Shown here in pieces: positions 49,380-59,916 of a stretch of DNA of 64,000 bases. The translations under genes were made by a program, and so were the position numbers. The notes beneath the pieces were generated by a model, which was not told the DNA's origin, searched no databases, and saw nothing but the letters and a program-made list of their open reading frames with translations. Origin of the DNA: a virus (taxonomy: Duplodnaviria; Caudoviricetes); the IMG/VR virus record IMGVR_UViG_3300027810_000010, positions 892-64,891 of that record; one strand, given 5' to 3'. Numbering within the stretch: the stretch's first letter is position 1; each line of letters begins with the position of its first letter.

Positions 49380-50669
49380 TTACAGTTTCAAAAACACCTT
49401 TCGAGTATCTTCTTCAACTCTCACAACTTGAACTGTGATATTTGAACCTCTATCGATAGTTTTAATATCTATATTATCTGGAAATTCAGAAATATGTAAT
49501 AGTCCAACGACTCCTTCTTCTATTTCTATAAATAGACCATAGTCTTTTGTCGATTTTACAGTTCCTATAACCTCAGTTTTTTCCGTATATCTTGTAGAAA
49601 TACCTTCCCATGGATCAACTTTCTTTTCAGCCGGAGCACCCTGCACTAATGTGATCTTTCTTTCACTAATAACTTCTTTTACAAAGAATTTAATTTCAGT
49701 TCCAGGTTCTATACTTCTTTCTCTATGAGCTTTTCCAGTTTCCATATCTAGGTCGTTAACGTGAATCATTCCAGTTAAACAACCTTCAAACTCAACAAAT
49801 ACACCATACTTGGCAGAACCAGTAACATTACCTATTCTTTCAATGGAAATGTCTTCAGAAATTTCTTCTAATTTGTTAGGTATAAGTGCTCTAAGATATG
49901 CTCTATGAGAAACTACAACAGTTCCTTTTTCGGGAGAATAACTAACTGGCACTACATACATTTCTTCTCCGATAATTGATTCGAAGTCTACTAGTTTATT
50001 AATTCCTGCAAGAGATCCTGGCATAAAACATTCAACTCCTTGAATATCTAAAATATAACCTCCACCTGGGATCATTCTAAGGACCTTACTCGTATATGCA
50101 GTTGTTCCTGCCTCAATAGAACTAATGATATCCTTGATGATCTTAGTTTTTAATCCAGCTGAAACAGAACCTAACATATGTTTAGCACCACCTACACCGG
50201 ACTTAGATATTAACTGAACATCAACTTCTGCATTTTGTTTTAAAACTTCAAGTGTTTGTGCATTTTCTCTAGAAAGATTTACATAAATAAGTTCTCTATA
50301 TCCTACGTCAATAGAGGCCCATTCTGTATCGATACCGTATACTTTACCAGTATAACTTGCACCTTCTTCTATTGAATATACTAATGGATTAAGAATTTCA
50401 TTTTCTTCCATACTATTATATAACTCCTGTGCGTAGCTTTCTCTAGAGAATACTCTATCGCCATTTCTGGTTTTAATATGTGGATTGGGTTTTCTGAATC
50501 TGGTAGGGCATGTAGCTTCGTATGCTTCCCAGTCGAATTCTTCTGGCGGAACGTTTGCATTTTCAAGTGCTGTTGATTCCTTTGTGATAGTTGGAGAGTC
50601 TACTACTACTTCAACTTTTTCTTTTTTTGGTGAGAGATCTAATCTCTTTCTTTTTGTGTCTGTTGACAT
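49380..50669 (-). CDS. rpsA: Phage-encoded ribosomal protein S1 homologue (four S1 domains)
   Basis: YTGKV...IDVGY; GGYILDIQGVECFMPGS; GNVTGSAKYGVFVEF...GMIHVNDL; GTVKSTKDYGLFIEIEEGVVGLLHISEF. N-terminal EEFDWEAYE. GATATATA at 50710-50717. Confidence 0.88.
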   Translation of the reverse strand: MSTDTKRKRLDLSPKKEKVEVVVDSPTITKESTALENANVPPEEFDWEAYEATCPTRFRKPNPHIKTRNGDRVFSRESYAQELYNSMEENEILNPLVYSIEEGASYTGKVYGIDTEWASIDVGYRELIYVNLSRENAQTLEVLKQNAEVDVQLISKSGVGGAKHMLGSVSAGLKTKIIKDIISSIEAGTTAYTSKVLRMIPGGGYILDIQGVECFMPGSLAGINKLVDFESIIGEEMYVVPVSYSPEKGTVVVSHRAYLRALIPNKLEEISEDISIERIGNVTGSAKYGVFVEFEGCLTGMIHVNDLDMETGKAHRERSIEPGTEIKFFVKEVISERKITLVQGAPAEKKVDPWEGISTRYTEKTEVIGTVKSTKDYGLFIEIEEGVVGLLHISEFPDNIDIKTIDRGSNITVQVVRVEEDTRKVFLKL

Positions 50670-50715
50670 TTAGTTTATTTTAAAAGTGTTAATGTATAAA
50701 TTTACTAGTTATATA

Positions 50716-52377
50716 TCACATTACGGTGGCGTCAAATCCTATCATAGGAATGAAAGGAACTATAGGAACTGTAATTCCTCCAAGGTATATGAACTTCATT
50801 TGTGAAAGATGTGTAAAATAAGAATACGCTAATGCACTAGCGACTGCCGCTGCTGCGTCAGGTGCAGAATTCATATCTTTTCCAGAATTAAGTGCTCTTC
50901 TTAGATTATCTGCAAGCTTTTTTTGATTACCATAACTTACACCAACGTAAAGACCACCTAATGGTAAATTAATGGTGCATGGTGGAGTTGGTGACATTGG
51001 AGCAAATGGAGCTACTGCTGCTGCTTTCCAATATTCTAATGTGGCTTTTGCTAATTCTTTATAAGGATCGTCCTTACTTCCGCCTTCAGCTAACATCTCA
51101 TCTTCCAGTGCCTTTTCAGCTATCATCTTATTTCTTATTTGCTTGAAAAGTGTTCCACATTCTGAAAGATCTGCATTTAATATCTGCTGATCTCCATCAC
51201 CTGCACCTAGAGGACATCCTTGCCATTTTTTTCTTAATTCTGTCTTTTCATAATATTCTATCTTAGGGCCAGGATTACCGTAACTACGACTTCCTACATC
51301 CCTGTACGTCATGTCTATAATTACTTCCGTCATCAGAACCGGTGGCATCTTTGCATTTTCATCAAAAGATTCCTGTATTTTAAATCTATTTAATTCAAAC
51401 GGATATCTTACTAATAATTTATCAGCAGGTTCCATGTCATCATATCCCTCTGGAAGTTCTTTAGTAAAAGGCCACCATACTGTAGCGTCTACTTCTTTCA
51501 CAGCTGCCCTATCTATAGCTTTATTCCTTGCGCTTTCTTCTGTTATCGTTCGAGTATATTTCCTACCACTTACATAATATACTTCTTCCGTAGAAAAAGG
51601 ATGCGTCTGAAACATTTCATGTGTAACATATGCATAAACTTCATTATATATGTCATACTGTGAATTGGCTCCTGTTACAGACCTCGTAACTGCCTTTACT
51701 TTACTCCTGCAACTTTGAGTAGCACTGTAATTCGTTACAAGATTTGAGGTAGATTCCTTAAAAGCATTCATAAAATCCCAGAACCTTTTTCTTTCATCTG
51801 ATTTTTTTAATTCTTTGAATTGCATTAATAACCTTGTTGCAAATATTTTAGCAAGTTGCATTGGTGTTTCCTCTCCATCAAGTCTATGAAATTCAAAGTT
51901 TTCAAATTTAGATAAATTTTCTACATCATCATCCTTATAGTCTTCTATATACTTGTCAAGTTCCTCACTTGGTTCATATGAAATACCTCCACCTATGTCT
52001 TCTTCTAGTTTTTCATAATCTGGATCTTGATCCTTGCCTTCAACTGTAAGCCTAGTTTCCTGTCCTTCGGGAGTTGCTAGGAAATTTAGCATATTTTGCT
52101 TTTCGTTTACTATAGGTGCTTCATCATCGGGAGTCAACATAACGGGTTCACCCTTTTCAAAAAGATCTTGAAACCATTGTTCATAGCTTGAAATAAATGA
52201 AGGTTCTCCAGGAGATGACATGTGTTTCGCATTACCAGGAATACACACTGCTTTAGTTTTTACAGCTGAAAGATATTCTGCTGCAAGTTTATTTCCAAAG
52301 TCAGGAGCTGACTCTGGAGATTGACTTAATAGAATAGTAGTTACGTTACTTATAAAAGTTCCCCAATCTGCTGCCAT
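50716..52377 (-). CDS. Hypothetical protein downstream of gp5 (possible spike-associated protein)
   Basis: 553 aa; related A..LA..Y helical segments at both termini. Confidence 0.55.
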   Translation of the reverse strand: MAADWGTFISNVTTILLSQSPESAPDFGNKLAAEYLSAVKTKAVCIPGNAKHMSSPGEPSFISSYEQWFQDLFEKGEPVMLTPDDEAPIVNEKQNMLNFLATPEGQETRLTVEGKDQDPDYEKLEEDIGGGISYEPSEELDKYIEDYKDDDVENLSKFENFEFHRLDGEETPMQLAKIFATRLLMQFKELKKSDERKRFWDFMNAFKESTSNLVTNYSATQSCRSKVKAVTRSVTGANSQYDIYNEVYAYVTHEMFQTHPFSTEEVYYVSGRKYTRTITEESARNKAIDRAAVKEVDATVWWPFTKELPEGYDDMEPADKLLVRYPFELNRFKIQESFDENAKMPPVLMTEVIIDMTYRDVGSRSYGNPGPKIEYYEKTELRKKWQGCPLGAGDGDQQILNADLSECGTLFKQIRNKMIAEKALEDEMLAEGGSKDDPYKELAKATLEYWKAAAVAPFAPMSPTPPCTINLPLGGLYVGVSYGNQKKLADNLRRALNSGKDMNSAPDAAAAVASALAYSYFTHLSQMKFIYLGGITVPIVPFIPMIGFDATVM

Positions 52378-52384
52378 GTTTTTA

Positions 52385-53107
52385 TTATTTACCCTTTTGT
52401 TGATACGTTATGTGCTCAAGTTCCACAAAGGGAACCTGTAGAGTGCTAGATGGACCAACTCCAGTTGGATGAATATGCGCTTTATAATCTGCGATGAAAT
52501 GTTCTAAGAATGTTTGAAGAGATCCACCTCTGGTTACGGGTTCTAAATCATCAGAGCCAACATCATCTGATGTTTTACCATCTTTACCGTCGTTAGATAA
52601 AAATATATCTGATGCATCTAAGAATATCTCAGCATCTGTAGATATTTTAATAGTTCCAAATGTGTCAATTTGTATTACTGGTCTTTCTTTGAGACCTTTT
52701 CCTCTACATATTACTAGCCCATCGTCTACTGAATGATATATTCTAAGCATTCTTTCAGCATCATATACTAAACTAATAACGTTATGGGGCTCAGACTGTG
52801 CGTCTAATACTTCTGTTTTAAGATCTTTGTTTTGATTTATCTGAAACCAATATTCTGGATGGTACAGGTTACCGTTATCGAATCTAGCAGAAACAATATC
52901 ACCTATTCTTGGAATATGATGAGATCCTACTGCATCTCTATTCATAGCGGTTGCCCATGGAATAGCCTCATCTGGCAGATTATCGTATTTTCCTAAGACT
53001 TTAACTTTACACCTACCTAAGTTCAAGGGATCCTCATTATCTACGACTTCTCCTAGCCAGTGAGTATCTCTTAAGTTATCTCTTTCTAATTCCTTTTCAG
53101 TTGACAT
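52385..53107 (-). CDS. Baseplate central spike (gp5/gpV-like OB-fold), no lysozyme domain
   Basis: GEVVDNEDPLNLGRCKVKV, IPWA, IPRIGD.V...F; C-terminal HIHPTGVGPS metal-binding apex. Confidence 0.85.
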   Translation of the reverse strand: MSTEKELERDNLRDTHWLGEVVDNEDPLNLGRCKVKVLGKYDNLPDEAIPWATAMNRDAVGSHHIPRIGDIVSARFDNGNLYHPEYWFQINQNKDLKTEVLDAQSEPHNVISLVYDAERMLRIYHSVDDGLVICRGKGLKERPVIQIDTFGTIKISTDAEIFLDASDIFLSNDGKDGKTSDDVGSDDLEPVTRGGSLQTFLEHFIADYKAHIHPTGVGPSSTLQVPFVELEHITYQQKGK

Positions 53108-53111
53108 ATTA

Positions 53112-54368
53112 TTAATCGTTTACGTTACCTAAGGCTCCACCTGCTGCATTGTTAAGTGCATTTCCCACGCTTCCGGAAGTGTCTACATTAAATACATTCT
53201 CTGCGATATTTTTACCTACATTATCAACAGAGTCTCCTACTCCTTTTAATGCGCTTTGATAGATGTTCTCGAAATTTGGAGTATTTCTTCTTACCAAATC
53301 AGATGCACCTTGTATTAATTCATTTTTCTTTTCTTCGGCTAATCTCTTAAGATCAGCGACAGCCCTAGCTTTAAGTTGTTCTACTTTAGCTTTAATTTTA
53401 TCTTCTAGGAATCCACCTAATCCATCTGCTGCATAATCTTCAGAGTCAGATGCTGGTGAAAATCCATTAGGTAGAGTATCTTCAACAATTCCGTTTAAAA
53501 CTCTAGCATCCATTTTTTCAATAATCTCATATGAAATATCAATCTGTTGTCTTGCCTGTTCACTTGGATTTTTCGTAAGATCCGCAAATGGAGTTGAACC
53601 TGAATTTAAATCAAATGTACATTCTCCGAATTTGAAAAGGAAAAAGGGTCTGTTTGCAGAACCAGATATTCCTTCATTACTATTATCTACCCCTAATTTA
53701 GGTTTAAAATTACCTGGGAAACCTTTAATAGCTTCCATATTTAATTCTGTAGGAATTCCACCTACTTTGATATTAGACATGTTTTTAATCTTTCTAACTT
53801 CAGTTACATAAACTGTCATTGAAAATTTCCTAAGATTTTCAGGTAAGATCCAACTCCATTTCTGTTCATCGAATACTGCCTTTCTATATAGATACATTAA
53901 ACCTGATACTCTAAGGTTAAGAGATTCTAGGCAACTTATTGATATCTTAGCATCATCACCTCCTGAATACGGAGATAGAGGATCATATTGTGAAATTGCT
54001 CTATCCATACCTTGAATACCTTGGAAAAACCATGGTGTATTTTTATTAAGGTCTGTTAGAGCTGTTTTAAACTTTATTAAAGATTCTAATCTATCTTGAT
54101 AGAATAATGTTCTTGGATTTGTAGCTTGGCCCGCAGGAGGTGTTTCAGTTCCTGTAGCACCTTGCATTTTAGTTGCCGTCTTTTCAGTTCTAGGAGATAG
54201 GTTTAATTGTTTAGCATACCAGTCTGCTGCAGCACCTGAAAGTAAAGGCGAATCTGTATGACTATGCATATCGAATAGTATCACGAATGAAAGATACGTA
54301 GGATCCTGGTAAGGCGACTGTGCCATCTTTCCTTTCTGAAAATCTATTATGTTTTTAAAATCTGCCAT
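53112..54368 (-). CDS. Putative baseplate/tube-initiator protein (gp48/gp54-like)
   Basis: QDPTYLSF, PWFFQGIQG, CLESLNLR...YRK, LPENLRKFSMTVYV; GAATATATA at 54374-54382. Confidence 0.5.
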   Translation of the reverse strand: MADFKNIIDFQKGKMAQSPYQDPTYLSFVILFDMHSHTDSPLLSGAAADWYAKQLNLSPRTEKTATKMQGATGTETPPAGQATNPRTLFYQDRLESLIKFKTALTDLNKNTPWFFQGIQGMDRAISQYDPLSPYSGGDDAKISISCLESLNLRVSGLMYLYRKAVFDEQKWSWILPENLRKFSMTVYVTEVRKIKNMSNIKVGGIPTELNMEAIKGFPGNFKPKLGVDNSNEGISGSANRPFFLFKFGECTFDLNSGSTPFADLTKNPSEQARQQIDISYEIIEKMDARVLNGIVEDTLPNGFSPASDSEDYAADGLGGFLEDKIKAKVEQLKARAVADLKRLAEEKKNELIQGASDLVRRNTPNFENIYQSALKGVGDSVDNVGKNIAENVFNVDTSGSVGNALNNAAGGALGNVND

Positions 54369-54401
54369 TTTAATATATATTCTTGTTTTTTAAGATTAGA
54401 A

Positions 54402-56642
54402 TTATGGACGTTTCTCTGGGGCAGATTGCCATGCTTGTTTCCATTTAACTGCCAGACGATCTTTTACTTCCGTATATTCTTCGCCTTCTGCTCCTTGAAC
54501 TATTCCTCCCATTACAAAGTTTCCAGAACCTTTAGATGCTTCGTTATCGAATCCTTCTGAAGATAATGTATACTTACCGATGTATATTCCGGGTGTTTCA
54601 TCGTTAACCATCTGCTGAGTGAATAGCTGTTTATCTTTTTTCTTTTTACCCGTTGCAATGCTATTCGGCAACCATTCTTTGCCGTTTTCCCATGCCATAA
54701 ATTCGACAGTTAATTCTTCAGTTATTACGATATCATCATATGTTAATTCTAAGATAACATTTAATTTTTCATCTTCTCTTCCTTTCATAAGATCTGCCGC
54801 AACTTCAACCTCTGCGTTATATTCAATACGGTCCCATAGGTCTCCGCCGTTATCCTGCATTTCGGCATGTACTGTAGCGTCTAAAACTAATTCGTCAGGT
54901 CCATCTGCATCGAACATTATCTTAATAGTAGGATCTTTATCTATTAATTCTTTATCGTTAATAGTCCATTTAAAGAATCTAGTCTGTGCAAACCATCCTC
55001 CATATTTCTTTCTCCAGTTAACTGCCTTTATTGTAAATTCAGGATCCGCTGGAATCTCTGGCTCTGGCTCTGGCTCAGGTGCTGGAGCCGGTGGAGGTGG
55101 AGGTGGTGGAGTAGGAGCTGGTGGAGGTGGCGGTGGAGTTTCCTCTGCCATCACTTCAGTTGTAATATTAGCAAGTCTACTAGGCCATTCTCTTCTTAAT
55201 AATGTGAGTGTTTGAATAATACCAGTGCTTGCTTTGTATGTATATTTAATTCCTCCTATAACGTATGCCGCTGAAATAAACTCATCTGGAACCTGATCAA
55301 CATCCTGTGAATTCTCTTCATTTAGTTCAGATGGAGATTCAAATCCCTTGTCTTTTTTATCACTGTTGGCTAGCATATTACCCTGAATAGCTGTAAATCC
55401 TGCTTTTAAAATATTAACAGGAAGCTTTTGCCACATGTGAACTCCAGGATTGAACGTATCTAGGGTTAACTCTAATTGCATTTTCTTTAATTCATCTATA
55501 TTCTGCTGGTTGAACAGAGAAGACCATGAATAGTGTAAGTGACATGCAGGTGATTCGTCTGATTGGACGGGGAGCCTTCCTACATACTTTGACTTAACTT
55601 CTTTAGTATATCTGTCTTCACCTCTTCGTCCCTTCAGAGGTTCTTCGATGTCTTTTAAATTATCACTAGCCAGAGGTTCTACGTCGAACTTTAATATACC
55701 TTCCGCTGCTACATCAGTATCATTTTCAAAGTATATTGTAGTTCTCTTGTATCCGTTCTTCTTTGTAATATTACCACTATTATTAATTAACTTATAACTT
55801 CTCACAAACATATTAGTACCTCTCCATGCTTCTGCATTTGTTAATATATTTGGAACCTGTACTTTGTTGGATTCTGGAGATTCTTTATACTCGTCAAAAT
55901 CTAATTGCATATTAAGATACGTTTCATCCCATCCTTCATCTGAATTAATTAGAGCATTTAAATCTACGAAATTTATATTGTAATATGGATCTATAGAATA
56001 TGTTTGAAAACTGTTTTCTCCGACATATGAATGAGACACTAGATTTTCTAAAAATTCACTATTAGGCATAGATGCATTAAGGGCTTTCATCAAATCATCA
56101 GAAGCATCTATATTTGTCGCTAATCCTAGTTTTAAATCTTTTGCAAATTCCTCTATCTGTTCTCTTGAAGTTCCGTCATATACCTTGCCTTCACCTTCTG
56201 AATGAAAGGTAGGAATTTTCATAATTCCTTCAATCAAGTATTTAGCACCGTTCTTTGCTTTTTCTAAATTTCTAGCAGGAGGACCCGACACTTCAGTTAT
56301 ATCAAAATCTATTCGTATATCTTTAAAAGTATCTTGTTGCCTTGCTGCTATTCTAACAGATACCACATCACCGTCCCTTGGGATGCTATCTGCGTCGAAT
56401 TCACCCTTTATATCTTGTATAGTAACTATTAAAGTTGGAAGAGTATCGGTGCAATCTAGTTCAAATCTTTTAATGCTTTCATCTGAAAATGAATATCCGT
56501 TAATGACGACGAGCGGAACAGGACCTCCAAGTTCAGTGCTATGTGGAGCACCTCCTTCATCTTCACCCATTGCATCAAATGAAATTTTATCTAGAGCTTG
56601 CTCATGATCTATTACATTTAAAATATGATTATTTAATGGCAT
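54402..56642 (-). CDS. Putative baseplate hub (gp27-like) with proline-rich linker and C-terminal extension
   Basis: Located between the gp53-like and gp5 genes; YVIGGIKYTY...QTLTLLRREW hub-type end, then poly-Pro and about 200 extra aa. Confidence 0.55.
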   Translation of the reverse strand: MPLNNHILNVIDHEQALDKISFDAMGEDEGGAPHSTELGGPVPLVVINGYSFSDESIKRFELDCTDTLPTLIVTIQDIKGEFDADSIPRDGDVVSVRIAARQQDTFKDIRIDFDITEVSGPPARNLEKAKNGAKYLIEGIMKIPTFHSEGEGKVYDGTSREQIEEFAKDLKLGLATNIDASDDLMKALNASMPNSEFLENLVSHSYVGENSFQTYSIDPYYNINFVDLNALINSDEGWDETYLNMQLDFDEYKESPESNKVQVPNILTNAEAWRGTNMFVRSYKLINNSGNITKKNGYKRTTIYFENDTDVAAEGILKFDVEPLASDNLKDIEEPLKGRRGEDRYTKEVKSKYVGRLPVQSDESPACHLHYSWSSLFNQQNIDELKKMQLELTLDTFNPGVHMWQKLPVNILKAGFTAIQGNMLANSDKKDKGFESPSELNEENSQDVDQVPDEFISAAYVIGGIKYTYKASTGIIQTLTLLRREWPSRLANITTEVMAEETPPPPPPAPTPPPPPPPAPAPEPEPEPEIPADPEFTIKAVNWRKKYGGWFAQTRFFKWTINDKELIDKDPTIKIMFDADGPDELVLDATVHAEMQDNGGDLWDRIEYNAEVEVAADLMKGREDEKLNVILELTYDDIVITEELTVEFMAWENGKEWLPNSIATGKKKKDKQLFTQQMVNDETPGIYIGKYTLSSEGFDNEASKGSGNFVMGGIVQGAEGEEYTEVKDRLAVKWKQAWQSAPEKRP
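55058..55140 (-). repeat. Proline-rich low-complexity repeat
   Basis: Encodes TPPPPPPAPTPPPPPPPAPAPEPEPEPE; ggtgga and tctggc tandem units. Confidence 0.85.
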
Positions 56643-56648
56643 TGTTTA

Positions 56649-57122
56649 TTAGATTGTTATTTTACCGTTACTTATGGATATATTGTCTTCACCTTCCTGT
56701 AACATGTTAGGTGGTAACATTTTCTTATTATATTTTTTACTTAAATATTGTATTCTATTTGCATCTTTAACTGGTAATCTTTTCGTGTTTATAAATTGAT
56801 CACGTATAGGATTTTGACCAGGGCCTTCAGTTACTATTTTCCATTGTTTTTTACCTGAATCTAATGAAGGAATGTATAATATATCCCCTTCTGTTATCGA
56901 AAAAGGATTAGAGATTCCATTAAACTTTAGAATATAATCTACATGGTCATGAGAACCATATTCGCTCCTAGATACTATGTCTATTCTTCCAATTTCATTT
57001 GCAGTAACTATATGAATAGATGTTGCAGTTGATTTATCCATTTCCATGAATAATAAAGTAGGTGAACTAACACTTAATTTATCTTCATTTACTTTTTTCT
57101 TTTCTAATGTATAAATTTTCAC
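56649..57122 (-). CDS. Baseplate wedge protein gp53/LysM-like
   Basis: GRIDIVSRSEYG....DYILKFNGISNPFSITEGDILYIP. Confidence 0.8.
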   Translation of the reverse strand: MKIYTLEKKKVNEDKLSVSSPTLLFMEMDKSTATSIHIVTANEIGRIDIVSRSEYGSHDHVDYILKFNGISNPFSITEGDILYIPSLDSGKKQWKIVTEGPGQNPIRDQFINTKRLPVKDANRIQYLSKKYNKKMLPPNMLQEGEDNISISNGKITI

Positions 57123-58900
57123 TATTGGTTTGCTATTTTTCTAAATTCAGCATTAAGCTGTTTACGATTATCGTTTCCACCATACGCAGTTTCATCATAC
57201 GTCTTATTAACATCAACGCCTTCATTTGGTTGAAGATAAAATCTACCTCTACCCATATTAAACATAGATTCAATATCTAATTTATCTCTTGCTCTACCTG
57301 GCTTCAATGTTATTTCAACAACCATTCTCTCAGGAAAATCTTGTATACCAAGTCCTCCTTCAAATGTAACGGTAGTATCTCTACATGTTAAATTACCTAC
57401 CATCATCATTGGGTTTAGCGGGTTTCCAACAGTAAGATGCCATTGGCCAGTAGGATCACCTGTTAAAAGAGCGGCAGCTGCTTGTCCACCTGATGGAGAA
57501 TTAAACATTTTCATTAAAGTACCACCTAGTATGTTGTTTAGGAATTTTGAATCCTTTCCACTTGCTATATTCTTTATATCTTCCTTTGCCTTTCCGAACA
57601 TACTGCTAAGACCGGCGCCAACTCCTTTAATAAATTCACCATATTTACCTTGCTTGATAAGACTAATATCTCCTAGTGGCTTTCCAACACTACCATCTCC
57701 TACATATCTAACAGCTCCTCCCCAGAATGGAGCTTGACTTGAAGTAAGAACCATTATGTTCGCAAGTTGATCTAACATCATTACCTTGGGGTTAGCTCCG
57801 CTAAAGCTTCTCATTTCGTATTCGAATTTAAGTTTAAATTCCTGATTAAACGTAAGACCCTGGTCTCTAAAAGAAACATCTTTAATTACATTAGTAGGTC
57901 CAAATATATGATTAGGATATGTAGTAGACATGTGGTCAAAGCCACCTCCTCCGTTTTTCTTCGAAAGAGCGGTATGGCCGTCTACTCCAGCTGCGGCATT
58001 AGACATAGCAGATCCTATTACACTTGAATCAAGAAATTGACCAAATGCACCTCTTCTGTTTTTATTACTAGATTGTTTAGTTTCTACGGAGGCTGATTGA
58101 TCTTTCCAATTATATCCATGTGACCAATTTAATATACCGCTCATTGAGTTGCCTGTAACTTCACTCATCCATGTAACTGCTCTTGCAATGTCAGGCTGAT
58201 CTACTGCCCTAGGCACTCCATCTTTATCAACATCCATTGGTGTTATAATATCATCCATTACGGGATACGGAAACCTTCTAAGCGTTAATAGATAGTTGTT
58301 AGGTATTTTCCCATTATATCTTGCGAGTGCAAAATCAGCATAATTGTATCTATATCCGTATGATGCAGTACCCTTTGCTGCTGTAAATTCAATAATTTTG
58401 GAAACAGTAGGGTTCTCTAAAGTTTTAGGATCGATCAAGTTATATTCTGAAAGAGGTATTCCTTCTTTTTTAGCGGCATAACCTGGTGTAAAGAAACTAC
58501 CCCTGTGATTAACTAAACTATACTTATTAAATATAGAATACGGTTTCACACCATCATGAATAAAATCACTAGTGCTATCCTTTCCATCTTTCTCTCTTTT
58601 AGCATACTTTACAGATTGTGTATTTTGAGTATAATATATGTTTCCGGTAGTAGGGACGGCATTACTTATAGGTGATCCTGCTGCTATAGTTCTAGCAACT
58701 ACATTAGGATCTGTATAATCTCCCTGTATTGCATCTCGTACATTTACTGCCTTAGGTGGGACTCCGTTTCCATCTGCACTTTCAAAGTTTAGTAACTCTG
58801 CACCAGAATCTGCTAAATTAGAAGCTGTTTCTTTGGCGCTTTCAACACCAGATTTTAAAGCAGATCCGATAGAGGCTGCTGATATTCCGAATAATGGCAT
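57122..58900 (-). CDS. Putative baseplate tube-cap protein (gp48-like)
   Basis: LTFNQEFKLKFEY, WHLTVGNPLNP, DFPERMVVEITLK; GAATATATA at 58925-58933. Confidence 0.5.
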   Translation of the reverse strand: MPLFGISAASIGSALKSGVESAKETASNLADSGAELLNFESADGNGVPPKAVNVRDAIQGDYTDPNVVARTIAAGSPISNAVPTTGNIYYTQNTQSVKYAKREKDGKDSTSDFIHDGVKPYSIFNKYSLVNHRGSFFTPGYAAKKEGIPLSEYNLIDPKTLENPTVSKIIEFTAAKGTASYGYRYNYADFALARYNGKIPNNYLLTLRRFPYPVMDDIITPMDVDKDGVPRAVDQPDIARAVTWMSEVTGNSMSGILNWSHGYNWKDQSASVETKQSSNKNRRGAFGQFLDSSVIGSAMSNAAAGVDGHTALSKKNGGGGFDHMSTTYPNHIFGPTNVIKDVSFRDQGLTFNQEFKLKFEYEMRSFSGANPKVMMLDQLANIMVLTSSQAPFWGGAVRYVGDGSVGKPLGDISLIKQGKYGEFIKGVGAGLSSMFGKAKEDIKNIASGKDSKFLNNILGGTLMKMFNSPSGGQAAAALLTGDPTGQWHLTVGNPLNPMMMVGNLTCRDTTVTFEGGLGIQDFPERMVVEITLKPGRARDKLDIESMFNMGRGRFYLQPNEGVDVNKTYDETAYGGNDNRKQLNAEFRKIANQ

Positions 58901-58934
58901 ATAGTTAGATTTGTTTTTCTACTCTATATATTCA

Positions 58935-59522
58935 TCACTCGATGTTATCCAATTCATCTGACGATGGTCTATATAAGAGTTTATTATAGTATCTATCCAT
59001 ATTAGGATCTCTATCTCCTAGGAATTTCTTCAGGTGAGCCTCGAATATGCCCTTGGTTTGATAATAATATTTACCCTCAGAATACACCGTTCTATTAGAT
59101 AGTTCGAATATATCTTTAAAATTCTTTTCTATTAAAAAGTCTTGTATATTGTTAAATAGTTCTGTTATTTCCGATTTGGTCTTAACACACATAACAGAAT
59201 CAACAGTTACCATATAACTTTCCCATTTAGAGTTTATATGATTTTGTAGATCTGATAAACTTTTATAGTTTTTTCTACTAAGATTAAATGTAGTGGATTT
59301 TCCTTCAAAATCTTTCGGGAATTTCATACCGAATAGATATCTTTTTAGGAAATCTATATTATCGTGGAATTTAGTAATTCTTAATTGATACTTTGGCATG
59401 TCTTCATCGAACTTAACGTCATGAATAACAGCGTATACTGGAAATACTATGTGAGAATGTCTGGCGTTTGAGATTAATACATGAACTCTTTCGCCTTTTG
59501 AAAAGAGTTTATGTCTTATCAT
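58935..59522 (-). CDS. Hypothetical protein
   Basis: 195-aa ORF; FSKGERVHVL may be an SH3-like start. Confidence 0.65.
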   Translation of the reverse strand: MIRHKLFSKGERVHVLISNARHSHIVFPVYAVIHDVKFDEDMPKYQLRITKFHDNIDFLKRYLFGMKFPKDFEGKSTTFNLSRKNYKSLSDLQNHINSKWESYMVTVDSVMCVKTKSEITELFNNIQDFLIEKNFKDIFELSNRTVYSEGKYYYQTKGIFEAHLKKFLGDRDPNMDRYYNKLLYRPSSDELDNIE

Positions 59523-59914
59523 AGGTCTATGATCTTAACTATTTCGAACTTTTTTAATATTTCCTTAGGATAGTCATCCCTATTTATTACTACTAAGTTC
59601 AATGATGCAGTAGGTTCTATAGTATGTCCTAGAAACATTTTAAAATTATCAACAGTTTCATCATTTAACGTATTAAATAGATAGATGATTTTTTCTAGGT
59701 TTTCATGCTTGTTTAACATCGATACGAAAGTATCTCTAATTGCCAATCCTATGACAGAAGCATGAGGCTCCGTATCATAGGGATCAGATTTTACTAGTTT
59801 GTTTCGTATGCTATAGTGATCTATAACTATTTCACCTGGGTTGTTTCTACAATATTTATTGAACTCCTTCTTACTGTTGCACCAGATGCATTCTATTACG
59901 ATGTTATCGTTCAT
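59519..59914 (-). CDS. Hypothetical protein
   Basis: 131-aa ORF, translationally coupled to the next gene. Confidence 0.65.
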   Translation of the reverse strand: MNDNIVIECIWCNSKKEFNKYCRNNPGEIVIDHYSIRNKLVKSDPYDTEPHASVIGLAIRDTFVSMLNKHENLEKIIYLFNTLNDETVDNFKMFLGHTIEPTASLNLVVINRDDYPKEILKKFEIVKIIDL

Positions 59915-59916
59915 TT

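Noticed and set aside
28552-50566. Short nested minus-strand ORFs 28552-28755, 47526-47735 and 50381-50566
   Set aside because: Out-of-frame ORFs inside well-supported genes, with no motifs.
30691-57124. Stop-codon reassignment (TAG or TGA) as seen in some large phages
   Set aside because: Coding density is near complete in the standard code, and the TAG (30694, 57122) and TGA (18250, 58935) stops coincide with the start region of the next gene.
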